Part shown: positions 9,901-19,558 of the stretch, piece by piece
Numbering within the stretch: the stretch's first letter is position 1
Layout of the letters: every line of letters starts with the position of its first letter
Source of the DNA: a virus
Lineage: Duplodnaviria; Caudoviricetes
Length of the DNA: 64,000 bases
Direction: 5' to 3' (one strand)
Virus record (IMG/VR): IMGVR_UViG_3300036546_000248
Position numbers and translations under genes: made by a program
Notes under the pieces: model-generated
Told to the model about the DNA's origin: nothing
Databases searched by the model: none
What the model saw: the letters and a program-made list of their open reading frames with translations, nothing else

Positions 9901-11157
9901 ACCGTCAAAATCAGCATTCATACCCCCTAGTACTAGGACTGATAAGCTCACTGTATTGACGTTGATGTCTTCACTCTTGATGCGGGTGACGTACAGGCGT
10001 TGCGCCGACAAACGGGTCAACGTAGGGTTACGTTGGAAGATTACCGGGATGCCCTTACGAGGCGATTCGGCGATCATTTCCTTGAAGATCTCATCGATCA
10101 GAGGATGGTACCGCAAGGTGTGTTCGAACAACAGCTTGTTGATTTGCTTGGGCGAATACCCACGATGGAGCAGTTTGGCCGTCAGGTGAGTTTTGAACAC
10201 CATGATGGACAGGGACCACGGGAGTTCCAGTTCCTCATGATGGTGTTGGTCTGAACGCGAGGTGATTACAGCCCGGAAGCTGAAATGGTCACGAGAACCA
10301 AACACGTGTTTACGCCACCAACCTGTTTTACTACCCAACTGCGCACCGATGAACGGGGCATAGTACTCAGATAGCATCACGATGGCCGTGACGGTACGTT
10401 TCTCGATTTCCTCTTGGCTCAGTTTGGTTTGACTGTGCACAATGCCGCTGATGGTGTAAATCGCATCAATGGCAGGGCGCATGGTCAGGTCACCGTACAG
10501 GCCTGTAGCTGCCTTCTCGATGATGAACGCCGCTTTCGACGGGATGGGCACCTTATGGCTGAAGATCAGATCGCGGTACAAAGCAATGAAAGTGCGTAGG
10601 TATTCCACCTTACGCTTCTTCTTATTGTCGTACAGCGGCCCTTCCTCCGAGCACATCAGTTGCATGATACTGTCGAAGTTGTGGTAGAAAGAATTCAACC
10701 CCCGCTTATACCCTTGTGCCGAAAGGCTTTGGGTGAAGAACTCCATCTTCTTATTCGGTGGGCGATATCCCGGATTGATCAACCAGTCCAGTAGACTGAC
10801 GCTCTTGATCGTCATCTCGGACTTCAAGATCACGTAGACCCAGGGGTTGATCAGACGTTCTACCCCTTGAGGGGCAGCAATCCACAACAACGCCTCCAGC
10901 GGCCGTTCCGTAGAAGGCAGGCAGAAGTGGTTACAGATTGGACAACGTACGCCAACGTTGTACTGATACTTCAGGTAGCCGCAATCGCATGAAGGTACGA
11001 TATCAAGCGACTCACCAGTGTACTTGGTGATTGCGAGGTTGTGGAGAGCGTCTCGGTCCTCTTTGCTGTCGATTTGATAATCGTTAATGATGAGCGGTAC
11101 GCTGGTCAGTGAATCAAATAGCTGATCGTGGTTCACGATCTCTGCACAGACACCCAT
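9901..11157 (-). CDS. nvRNAP beta' N-terminal subunit (phiKZ gp55-like), exon 1
   Basis: Zn-ribbon CDCG...CPIC, RAVIT, FQRNPTL and MNADFDG at the exon end; spliced product is 476 aa. Confidence 0.9.
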
Positions 11158-11177
11158 CTGTCGAGACTCCCATAGCT

Positions 11178-11217
11178 GACATAAAAAATAAAAAGGGGAG
11201 GCAATGCCTCCCCTTTT
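11178..11217 (-). terminator. Terminator downstream of chmA (hairpin, U-tract, TTATGTC)
   Basis: AAAAGGGGAGGC-AAT-GCCTCCCCTTTT preceded on the plus strand by GACATAAAAAAT. Confidence 0.8.
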
Positions 11218-11232
11218 CGCTAGGCCGCTAAA

Positions 11233-13230
11233 TTAGCGACCCCAAACACCGCTGAACGCCTGGTTCCCGAAACGGGTACCGTAGTTCGGCTGGATCGCGC
11301 CCGAGGACATCCAGTTACCCAGGTTCGGGTTGACCAGCTGGCCTTGGAAGGTGTAGCCACCGCGAGTTGCACCCTGATTGAACGAATCAACCATGTTGCC
11401 CGGACGTACGGACAGACCGGCTTCTTCGATCGAATCGCTCAGAGCCTTGATGAACTGCTCGGAGAAGGTCACGCGACGCGCGAAGCCCTTGACCACGACG
11501 CTGCCGGAGAGCAGGCGATCGATGATGGTCTTGCGCTCGTGCAGACGCACAGCCAGCGGGATGTTGCGATCGAGGTGAGTACGCTCCCACTTCTCCACCA
11601 GAGTCGGATCGTCCTTGCCAGCCAGGTTCAGGATGGCGAGGTAGTCCAGCTCACGCAGATCACGCAGGTGACCGTCGCTGTTGGTGTAGTAGCCCAGGTG
11701 GATGCGGTCAGCATCGTCGAAGCACACCGGCGCATCGAACGGGAAGTGCTTCTCGAAGCGACCCAGGGTCAGGCGGTTGGCCGCCATCAGGATGCTCTTA
11801 CGCGCGTCTTCGTTCTTGTTCGCCGCAGCGATGAAGGTCTGCTGCAGCCAGCTCAGTTCACCAGCTTCTTCGATGTCCAGCGTGTACAGTAGCTGCTGGT
11901 TGAAGAACATGCTCATCATCTGAGCAAACTGCTGGTCACCGAAGTTGGTGGCCGAAGTGTCGATCTTGTTGCCCGGTTGACCAGGGTTGGCCGGGTCCTT
12001 GATCTCGTAGCCGATGGCGCCGATATCGCGGAGGTTGATGCCCTTGCGAGCGTTGGCACCTTCCGAGTACGCCTTGAGCGGACGACGGAAAGCGTTCCAC
12101 CAGTTGCCACCACGACCCAGCTGTACTGCAGTCGACAGCGCCAGGAGTTGGAGTTCCATGGACACGACATCGGTCAGTGATTCGACGGAGGTCAGTACGA
12201 GGCGAGGCTGGTACATCACACCCGGCATCATCTGCTGCGGCTGCATCATCGGGAACATGCCGAATTGCTGCTGAGCAGGTTGTTGCGGGTTGTACATCAG
12301 ATCGACGTAGCCGGTCACACGGGTCAGTTCACGCGGAGGACGCATGTCCAGACCTTGGGTGTCGGCGTTGTTGCTGGCGCTGACGGTCAGCTCGATGTCT
12401 TCGCGAACCGGCAGGCCCACGATGTTGGTACCATGAACCGAACCGTACTCGGAGCGAGCGGTCAGGATGTCCTTCTCGCCGAACTCGGCCAGGGTGAAGG
12501 GCGGAGCCTCGGCACCCAGCTTCAGATCCAGCACAGCCCAGACGGCCTGAACGCTGTTGTGCAGCCAGTCTTGGAAACGCTCGACCGGAATTTCCTTGTC
12601 GATCTCGGTCGGGATCACGGTGCAACCGGCATCATGCACTTGGGCATTCACGCCGAAGGTGTCGATCACGAACTTCTTCACGGTGTCCCAGTGGGACTTG
12701 TGGTTGTAGATGTCGCTCGGTGCGAAGATCGTTTCGATGGTGTGGCCATCGATGGTGGTGATGTTCGGCTGCAGCGGACGGCCAGAACCTTCGATCATCA
12801 GGTCGTAGACGCCGATGTGGGTTTGACCCTGATGAACTTCCTTCATGCACACGAGGATGCTGGAGTAGTTCACTTGCAGCTGGTTGCTGTCCAGCACCAG
12901 GAAGCGGAAGGCTTCGAGGGTCTTGGTGTCCATGACACGCTTGGCGCGTTCCAGGAGACCGTCGTGGATCTTCTGAACGGTTTCACCGCTCATGTTACGG
13001 CTGACGAGGCCGCGGTGCTGGCTGTTCACGTTCATGATCGAACGGCCGGCCTGGCCCACACGGGCGGAGGTATTGGTGTTCATGGTGGTCCCTCCCGATT
13101 CCGGGATCTGCTGCTGTTGGGGTTGGGGAGCAGGTTGAGCCTGCTGGGTTTCGTTAGCGCCCAGGCCAGCTTGACGCATGGCATCGGCCAGGCTGCCGTT
13201 GGATTTCCCGCTATCGCGATTGACACTCAT
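11233..13230 (-). CDS. chmA: Chimallin, phage nuclear shell protein (phiKZ gp54-like)
   Basis: About 665 aa from MSVNRD with GAAGGA RBS; strong C-ending codon bias; directly upstream of the beta' gene; TATATTAC promoter upstream; aromatic/Gly C-terminal tail. Confidence 0.8.
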   Translation of the reverse strand: MSVNRDSGKSNGSLADAMRQAGLGANETQQAQPAPQPQQQQIPESGGTTMNTNTSARVGQAGRSIMNVNSQHRGLVSRNMSGETVQKIHDGLLERAKRVMDTKTLEAFRFLVLDSNQLQVNYSSILVCMKEVHQGQTHIGVYDLMIEGSGRPLQPNITTIDGHTIETIFAPSDIYNHKSHWDTVKKFVIDTFGVNAQVHDAGCTVIPTEIDKEIPVERFQDWLHNSVQAVWAVLDLKLGAEAPPFTLAEFGEKDILTARSEYGSVHGTNIVGLPVREDIELTVSASNNADTQGLDMRPPRELTRVTGYVDLMYNPQQPAQQQFGMFPMMQPQQMMPGVMYQPRLVLTSVESLTDVVSMELQLLALSTAVQLGRGGNWWNAFRRPLKAYSEGANARKGINLRDIGAIGYEIKDPANPGQPGNKIDTSATNFGDQQFAQMMSMFFNQQLLYTLDIEEAGELSWLQQTFIAAANKNEDARKSILMAANRLTLGRFEKHFPFDAPVCFDDADRIHLGYYTNSDGHLRDLRELDYLAILNLAGKDDPTLVEKWERTHLDRNIPLAVRLHERKTIIDRLLSGSVVVKGFARRVTFSEQFIKALSDSIEEAGLSVRPGNMVDSFNQGATRGGYTFQGQLVNPNLGNWMSSGAIQPNYGTRFGNQAFSGVWGR

Positions 13231-13292
13231 CAGTTTATTTCCTTCAGGTTTGTTTGCGCAAACAACCCACACATCGGTGAGTATTCCAATGG

Positions 13293-13300
13293 GTAATATA
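13293..13300 (-). promoter_or_regulatory. Early (virion RNAP) promoter TATATTAC for chmA
   Basis: Exact match to the phiKZ early consensus, about 60 nt upstream of the 13230 start. Confidence 0.75.
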
Positions 13301-13439
13301 TACCCGATTTCTTTTCGAATACGATTCAGGTGACCGATAGCGATCATGCATCCTAAATCCCTTGGCGGAAAACCCACCAAGTTGTATTCGTCTATACCAT
13401 AGGTGAGAATGTAATTAAATATCTAATCCACATTCTTCC

Positions 13440-13745
13440 TCAAAGCTCAACACGACGATTCTCAGCCGTAACCCAATGACAGTAGCCCTCTTTGCGGGCT
13501 GCTTTCTTAGCTTCACATTCGGCACCCAGTTCAGAGATCTCTTTACTGTAGTACTCGAAGTCAAACGGGTTACCATAGGGAACGCCTCCACTATCTAGGT
13601 GGCGAACCTTGAGTCGTACATACTGCCGCTCTTTCACATACCCTTTGCTATGGGTGTTTTTATTTACCAGGCCGGTAGGGTTACCAAAGCGCTTAACAGC
13701 AAGGGACAGAGCACGTTCCAGATCCTGCATCGCTTGAGATGTCAT
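13440..13745 (-). CDS. Hypothetical protein
   Basis: 101 aa with AAGGA RBS. Confidence 0.6.
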   Translation of the reverse strand: MTSQAMQDLERALSLAVKRFGNPTGLVNKNTHSKGYVKERQYVRLKVRHLDSGGVPYGNPFDFEYYSKEISELGAECEAKKAARKEGYCHWVTAENRRVEL

Positions 13746-13837
13746 GATTCTTCCTTATAGAGAAGTGTTAGCGGTACCAATTCACGTGGATAGTATGTAG
13801 GCCAAATTCTTTTAAATCGCATTTTTCTGGGGGCTTT

Positions 13838-14929
13838 ATGTATTCCCTATTCAGCAAGGGGGAGTGGGGTAACCGGGGTGGTGCTCCTACCTACCTCAAC
13901 TATCGCTACTCCTTAAAGGGTTTGCGGAGCAACCTGGAGCGCGTGGTTCACTATAACCGAATCTACCCACGGGCTGTCAAACCTAATCATTTCCTCGTAC
14001 GTCTCATTCACTCCTTAAATGTACCCATGACCATGGACCCCCAACGCATGGTGGACGTGGTCTCTGAACGGACAGAAGGTGTGGGGATGGCGATGAACAT
14101 CACCTCACCATTGAACAAAGGGCGGATCTTCCACCCAGGGGTTCTTTACGGCGAAGGGTCTCAGGAAATCCTGATTGCCGACTCTGCGTACTTTGATGTC
14201 AGGGAACACCAAGATTCGTGGGAAGAACTGCGGCCCCTTGAGTTCCTGTACCACCCCAAAACAGATTTGGGTATGGATCTGCCTTGGGGTCTTCAGAACA
14301 ACGAAGAGTCAGGGCTATCGGTGATTCGCATCAACGTACCCATGTTGGCGTTTCAATACCAGCAATGGCGTCAACGGGAATGGTCGTTCAATCCTGAGAA
14401 TCAACGCACCGTGATGCAGTTCATTGCCTCCTACCCACTGAACAATCTACTGTACTCCCAAGTGGATTGGGCGATCCTGAACCGCATCATACACACCTAT
14501 CGGGGTTTGCCTTGCGCAGACAGTCAGGTGCGTAAACCATTTCAGTTAACCGATTACACCGATCGACTACAGGTAGCCATCGATCAGATGGTCCATGACT
14601 ATCGGACTCGTGCCTTTACCATGGAGCAGTTGTTGGACAGTATCCAGCTGCTGGGCGCCCCGACTGCGTTGGAACGCGTGGCGCTACCTAAACTGTTGGC
14701 TACCCGGCAAGTGAAATGGGCGCTGATGATGGCTCGAGAACCCTTGGTGCGTTTTCTGGTGGATTGGAACAATGAAACCGGCAACAAGAAAAATCGAGCA
14801 CAACTGATCAAGGTTCGACAAGAACTGATCAGGTTTCACAACGACAATGTCCTTCGAGGTTCTGTACCTAAAAAGGCAGTGCCCTATTGGGAACAACGTT
14901 TCAAAGAACTGATCGACTTGACGTCATAG
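13838..14929 (+). CDS. Conserved chimallivirus protein (phiKZ gp52 position), possibly virion
   Basis: 363 aa on the opposite strand between ChmA and the DNA polymerase; own terminator. Confidence 0.6.
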   Translation: MYSLFSKGEWGNRGGAPTYLNYRYSLKGLRSNLERVVHYNRIYPRAVKPNHFLVRLIHSLNVPMTMDPQRMVDVVSERTEGVGMAMNITSPLNKGRIFHPGVLYGEGSQEILIADSAYFDVREHQDSWEELRPLEFLYHPKTDLGMDLPWGLQNNEESGLSVIRINVPMLAFQYQQWRQREWSFNPENQRTVMQFIASYPLNNLLYSQVDWAILNRIIHTYRGLPCADSQVRKPFQLTDYTDRLQVAIDQMVHDYRTRAFTMEQLLDSIQLLGAPTALERVALPKLLATRQVKWALMMAREPLVRFLVDWNNETGNKKNRAQLIKVRQELIRFHNDNVLRGSVPKKAVPYWEQRFKELIDLTS

Positions 14930-14932
14930 GTG

Positions 14933-14967
14933 GCTAGGGAGGGGCGACCCTCCCTAGCTTTTATGTC
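14933..14967 (+). terminator. Hairpin plus TTTTATGTC terminator between convergent genes
   Basis: GCTAGGGAGGG...CCCTCCCTAGC then TTTTATGTC, which overlaps the DNA polymerase stop codon. Confidence 0.8.
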
Positions 14968-17132
14968 GCCGTTTCCCACTCTTGAACGAAATCACTCACC
15001 AGCTTGGTGTTGTTTCCATTCACCAAGAAGATCCCAAGGGCTTCAAGGATGAGGTAGAACGGCCGAACGGTTGAGTAGACAAGTTTACGGATGTTCATTG
15101 CTTGCACCACTTCTTTAGGCAATCCTCGACGCTCCACATTGTCCTTGGGGAGGAGTAGTGTAGTCATTCCAGGTTTGTTGGCGAAGTGCTTGGCAATTTT
15201 AGCAGCAACCTCCGGGTTTTCAATAGAAGCGATCCATTCCTGAATGGCTGTCTTGTTGGAAAGATCTAGCGATACCTTAATGGCTGGGTAGGGTAGCTCA
15301 GGAGCGTCCCCATAGTGCGGGGCAAAGATATCCTGCCAATACACGTAATGTTGATACGGGGACTGGCTCGGGTTGGTGTAGGAGTTGGCCGTCTTAACCG
15401 ATGAACGGGCCAAGTATTCAGACTTACCTTTAACCACAGAGTCGATAATACCGAGTTCGATATTGGCAATTTTGCGGTAAAGGTCAATCATCGAGATTTG
15501 TTGGTCTGCGATGACCGTGTCCATGATCTCCTTGATGGTCTCCGTCACCACCGCCATAATCTGTGGCGGACAGTTCGAGTCCTTCAGGTAAACCCCTTTG
15601 ATCTCCTCCTCGAGGTGTTTGAAGACGTTGCCTTCTCGTGCTGCCTTGTAGGCGAAGTAGTGTTTAGCCATAGAAGTCAGACCGAACACCGAGAATGCAA
15701 ACTCATTCTTCATGGCCAGAACGTTCAGCTTTTCGGGAATAACACCCAAGATGGTCGACAGTTTAGCCAAGACATGGATAATTGACTGAGATGCCAAGTA
15801 CACCATGGTGTAGTTGATGCTAAAGGCTTCTTCGCTGAAGTCCACCTTGCCCAAGTACCACTCCACCCAGTTCTCTACCGCAAAGATCGTGGAGTCCGTA
15901 TCAGAGGTGATTGCCACATGACGCATGGAGTTACGAATCCGTGCGACGGATGCAGGGACGTTGTCCGTTACCCAAAACGCCTCGATCAACAACGCGTATT
16001 GCTCAAGGGTTTCGATAACCTTCTTCGCAAATTCACCCATGACGCAGATGCCATGAATGTCGTTAGCATTCCCTTGTTCAGCCGACTCCTGTAGTTTCTT
16101 CAGGGTGCGTCCGTCCAACTCTTTGGCACAGATCAAACTGACGTAGGCTTTAAGGTCATTGTCCATCCCCTTCACATAAACCTTGGCATCTGTGTATGAC
16201 AGGGTGGTGCCGGTAGGTTTGCTGGACATGATTTGGAGGAAGGTGTGTACGAAGGTTGGGTTGTACTTTGCCAGATGCCACATGTCGCCTACGTAAACAA
16301 AGGCTGCACGTTCTAAGGGTTGGAGACCCTCTACCAACTTACGGACTTCCAACTCCTGCTTATTGTTACGCCAGTAATGGCGGGTACTGTAGAGGATGAC
16401 ATCCATAACCTGATCGACACTGGGGATTGTCAACCCGTAGGTCTCTACTGCTTTGCCCACCAGGTTGTAGTCGACATGACCGATGATGGAGGTGATGTTA
16501 GCCAAGACCACATCAGGGGCCCAGTAGTGACGATTACCCGCCAAGAACTTCTCGTTGTTGGCATTACCGTAACTTGTAGCTACACGGCAGGTAGACGTCA
16601 AGCTGGAGTGGGCCGACTTATTGTAGAATATTGTTGAAGCCGAAGCTTGACCACCAGAGATCGAGTTGTTGGCGATCTTGTACGTGGACTGTTCGTTCTC
16701 CTTAATGTCCGCCACCACCATATTACCCGCCATTTTAGCATCGAAGGCCTCGTCTTTAACCTTAGCGCGACCCTCAATGTTACCGGTAACGTAGATAGAG
16801 AGGAGCGACTCTCGGCGATTGGGGTTCTCGTATACGGTCATGGCAGGCGAGAACAACAACCTACGGTCTTTGATGTTGTTAAGGTATTCGGTGTACGTTA
16901 GGACCTTTTGTTCACGGTCACCGTTTTTATTACGGGCCAGGTGCAGAACTTCTGGATCTTTGATCTCCAAACGACCGCCACGTGCCGTCACTTGGTTAAC
17001 CCAGGCCTGACAAACCTCAAGAGGTTTACCGGTGCGCTTGGACAGATAAAGAGCCATGTCACTGCGATAGTTTCCCAGCACATCCAAGTCACGGTTGTAA
17101 TGGCTGGCGGGCTTAATGAATGCATTGTTCAT
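14961..17132 (-). CDS. Family B DNA polymerase, polymerase-domain subunit (phiKZ gp50-like)
   Basis: KIANNSISG (region III-like), SDTDS catalytic motif, KHY and KGVYLK; 723 aa. Confidence 0.85.
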   Translation of the reverse strand: MNNAFIKPASHYNRDLDVLGNYRSDMALYLSKRTGKPLEVCQAWVNQVTARGGRLEIKDPEVLHLARNKNGDREQKVLTYTEYLNNIKDRRLLFSPAMTVYENPNRRESLLSIYVTGNIEGRAKVKDEAFDAKMAGNMVVADIKENEQSTYKIANNSISGGQASASTIFYNKSAHSSLTSTCRVATSYGNANNEKFLAGNRHYWAPDVVLANITSIIGHVDYNLVGKAVETYGLTIPSVDQVMDVILYSTRHYWRNNKQELEVRKLVEGLQPLERAAFVYVGDMWHLAKYNPTFVHTFLQIMSSKPTGTTLSYTDAKVYVKGMDNDLKAYVSLICAKELDGRTLKKLQESAEQGNANDIHGICVMGEFAKKVIETLEQYALLIEAFWVTDNVPASVARIRNSMRHVAITSDTDSTIFAVENWVEWYLGKVDFSEEAFSINYTMVYLASQSIIHVLAKLSTILGVIPEKLNVLAMKNEFAFSVFGLTSMAKHYFAYKAAREGNVFKHLEEEIKGVYLKDSNCPPQIMAVVTETIKEIMDTVIADQQISMIDLYRKIANIELGIIDSVVKGKSEYLARSSVKTANSYTNPSQSPYQHYVYWQDIFAPHYGDAPELPYPAIKVSLDLSNKTAIQEWIASIENPEVAAKIAKHFANKPGMTTLLLPKDNVERRGLPKEVVQAMNIRKLVYSTVRPFYLILEALGIFLVNGNNTKLVSDFVQEWETAT

Positions 17133-17193
17133 GACAGATACCTGTTTGAGACCACTCTTATCAGATAGGTCAAACTAAGATTTATTTACAGCG

Positions 17194-17218
17194 GGCATAC
17201 ACCCGCCCGAAGGCGGGT
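17194..17218 (-). terminator. Hairpin plus TATGCC element
   Basis: GGCATAC-ACCCGCC-CGAA-GGCGGGT on the plus strand. Confidence 0.75.
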
Positions 17219-17226
17219 ACACACCT

Positions 17227-17814
17227 TTAGCGTTTAATCGCCCAAGTTTCAAACAACTCGCCCACCTTTTTGTACTCTTCCGGAGTACGTTGAGAGGACT
17301 GACTCATGATGGTCTCGACGGTTGGAATCGGCAAGGGTGGAATTTCCATGTCCTTGTCTTTGAGCAACACCTCAAGATCAATTTTCACCCAGTCGTAGGG
17401 TTCGCCGTCAATGTTTTCAAAGACGTCCACCTCATACTGGTAGTCAGAACCTTCAATGGGGTAGCAGTAACGCTTCTTGCGCAGCGAATGGGGTGCCATC
17501 AACAGCATGAGTTCGAACATGTCTTGAGTGACAGGCTTCTCAGCTTCTTTCTTACCCAACTCGCCGGGGGTCTTGAACTTCAGACACAGTTCGTAGTCGC
17601 GGTCATTGACTGCCCGTACCCGAATTTGACCAAAGCCTTTCTCGCCCTTGTCCACATGGATCTCAGCCTGCTCCTGCTGCTCCTTGAGGAGTTCAGGATT
17701 GATCCAGTCAAAGTTCTCTACACGAGCAAAGAACGTGTACTCGATTTCTTGCTTGGCTTTACCTTCGCTTTCTGCGAGTTCCTCCAAGCTGATCATTAGT
17801 CGCCGTAGTCGCAC
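17227..17814 (-). CDS. CYTH (triphosphate tunnel metalloenzyme) domain protein
   Basis: EIEYTF, IRVR, LCLK, KKEAE, KKRY, YEVDVF, IDLEV match the CYTH pattern. GTG start after AGGTG; N-terminal ISLE. Confidence 0.78.
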   Translation of the reverse strand: MRLRRLMISLEELAESEGKAKQEIEYTFFARVENFDWINPELLKEQQEQAEIHVDKGEKGFGQIRVRAVNDRDYELCLKFKTPGELGKKEAEKPVTQDMFELMLLMAPHSLRKKRYCYPIEGSDYQYEVDVFENIDGEPYDWVKIDLEVLLKDKDMEIPPLPIPTVETIMSQSSQRTPEEYKKVGELFETWAIKR

Positions 17815-17901
17815 AGGATCACCTTTTGAAAAAACGGAAAAAATAAAAGGCGGTGCACCCAAGCCGAAGCTTGAGCGCGACCACCCATCAGTCGAACGTC
17901 A

Positions 17902-18321
17902 TTAGATAGCGGACGACTGTTTCACGATTTCTACTTGGTTAAATCCGTTAGCAGCCAAAGCCTCGAGGATCTTTTCAGCCTCGCCTGGATTGACATTGCC
18001 TACACGAACCATGACGTTGGTGTAGTCCAGCACTTGTACAGACGAGGCCTTGATCCAAGGCAAACCCAGAATGGATTGTTGTCCGTTACTGTGTTTGACT
18101 CGGACGTAGAGGTACTCATCGTACGCATCTACCGAGCCTGGTGGCAGTGTGGGATAGACGTTGGCATGCATGGCCGGTGCATCCAGACCCAACATACGTG
18201 CGGTGTCGGCATCAACGATACCCATCACCTTAACGTTTTTGAAGTTGTTACCCAGGATCAGACTGGGGTAGACTTCAAAAGAGACTTGCTTTGAGAGTGG
18301 GAATTGGTCTTGCGTGGCCAT
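17902..18321 (-). CDS. Conserved chimallivirus beta-rich protein
   Basis: 139 aa, last gene of the overlapping chain upstream of the DNA polymerase. Confidence 0.65.
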   Translation of the reverse strand: MATQDQFPLSKQVSFEVYPSLILGNNFKNVKVMGIVDADTARMLGLDAPAMHANVYPTLPPGSVDAYDEYLYVRVKHSNGQQSILGLPWIKASSVQVLDYTNVMVRVGNVNPGEAEKILEALAANGFNQVEIVKQSSAI

Positions 18322-18679
18322 TGTGTTTGGACTCCAGTTCGAGAAGGATCAAACCCTCATCGTTAAGAAAAGTGATGTCGCGAATCTTACCTTGCTTAAG
18401 CAAGGGTTTAAGTAGCGGATCTTCGGCCAACTGTTGGACATGGTGAATTACTTTATCCAACAGTTGACTATCGAATTGTTCGATCTCCCCCGACAGGCTC
18501 GGTTCGTCGTAGGGATCAATGGCTTCGTAGATCGATTGGACGATGTAGGCCAACAGATGCTTAACCGCCTGACTCAACCCTGGGATGTCATTAAGCGCAT
18601 CTTGGTTCAGGTGTCGACTCACTAGCTGAAGGGCTTCTTCAATATCCTCAGAGGTGGTTGAGACGTTTATGAGCTTCAT
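18275..18679 (-). CDS. Hypothetical protein (overlap chain)
   Basis: 134 aa acidic and helical. Confidence 0.6.
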   Translation of the reverse strand: MKLINVSTTSEDIEEALQLVSRHLNQDALNDIPGLSQAVKHLLAYIVQSIYEAIDPYDEPSLSGEIEQFDSQLLDKVIHHVQQLAEDPLLKPLLKQGKIRDITFLNDEGLILLELESKHNGHARPIPTLKASLF

Positions 18680-19148
18680 AATGCAGATTAACCTCGAGTT
18701 TAGAAGTAATCAGCAATTTAGGTTTTAACACCAACAGTTCCCCGACGAAACGATCGAGTTGGAAAAGGCTCTCGCCTTGGGGTGTGTAGACCTGCATGGC
18801 CGACAGACGATGTTGTAAGGTATTGGCAAGAACGGAGATAGCCGTTGAAAGGATCATCCCGTCGTTATTGGGGTGTTGGGTAGAATGTCCATACACCTGA
18901 TAGGAGAACACGTAACCATTTACCGCCATAGGATCATAGCGGCGTAACATGATGTCGGTCAAACTGACTACGATCTCAGCAATGTCGTAGTCCATGTTAG
19001 TCATGGCTCGTGTGGCGCCTGTGAAATCCGATACTGCATCGCGCAAGTCAATGACTAAATTCATTCTATAAAATCTCCGGCATACTAGAGGGCCTAAGCC
19101 CTCTAGGATCTGCGGCAGACTTTGACTAGCATATTCTGACCTCGCCAA
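18648..19148 (-). CDS. Hypothetical protein (overlap chain)
   Basis: 166 aa; start uncertain. Confidence 0.55.
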   Translation of the reverse strand: MARSEYASQSLPQILEGLGPLVCRRFYRMNLVIDLRDAVSDFTGATRAMTNMDYDIAEIVVSLTDIMLRRYDPMAVNGYVFSYQVYGHSTQHPNNDGMILSTAISVLANTLQHRLSAMQVYTPQGESLFQLDRFVGELLVLKPKLLITSKLEVNLHYEAHKRLNHL

Positions 19149-19558
19149 CCGACCACACTGCGATACAGCATCGGGTGGTTTGCGATTTTGTAAACCTCCA
19201 TGAAGTTCACGAGTTCATAATACACTTCTAAAGCCAACGCAGTAAGTTGATGGTGGACGACGGCGTCGTTCACGTCTTCATAACAATTCGTTGGATTCAC
19301 GTGTTGTATTTTTTGCTCGAACTCAGCCAGAATGGTGGTGGATCTCGGGGGAGTACTGGGGAGGGGGAAGGGACTTGAGAAGTCCAAGTAGTATGCAGGG
19401 TGACTGCAGTAACTACGTTGGTCGGCTATCTCAACTTTATCCATGACCGTAACCGATGTTTCCATGAAGTCCTTGAGAGACATCTTATTTTGCTCAAGGT
19501 GTGGCTCCACGTGTTCGTACATCGCTATCAGGTGACTCAAGGGGATCGATAGGATCAT
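19103..19558 (-). CDS. Hypothetical protein (overlap chain)
   Basis: 151 aa. Confidence 0.55.
   Translation of the reverse strand: MILSIPLSHLIAMYEHVEPHLEQNKMSLKDFMETSVTVMDKVEIADQRSYCSHPAYYLDFSSPFPLPSTPPRSTTILAEFEQKIQHVNPTNCYEDVNDAVVHHQLTALALEVYYELVNFMEVYKIANHPMLYRSVVGWRGQNMLVKVCRRS

Noticed and set aside
13231-13380. N-terminal extension of ChmA to 715 aa; likewise upstream extensions of sheath (47539), dcd (37413), CYTH (17862) and HD (26779)
   Set aside because: They span promoter or leader DNA; downstream ATG/GTG starts have clear RBSs.
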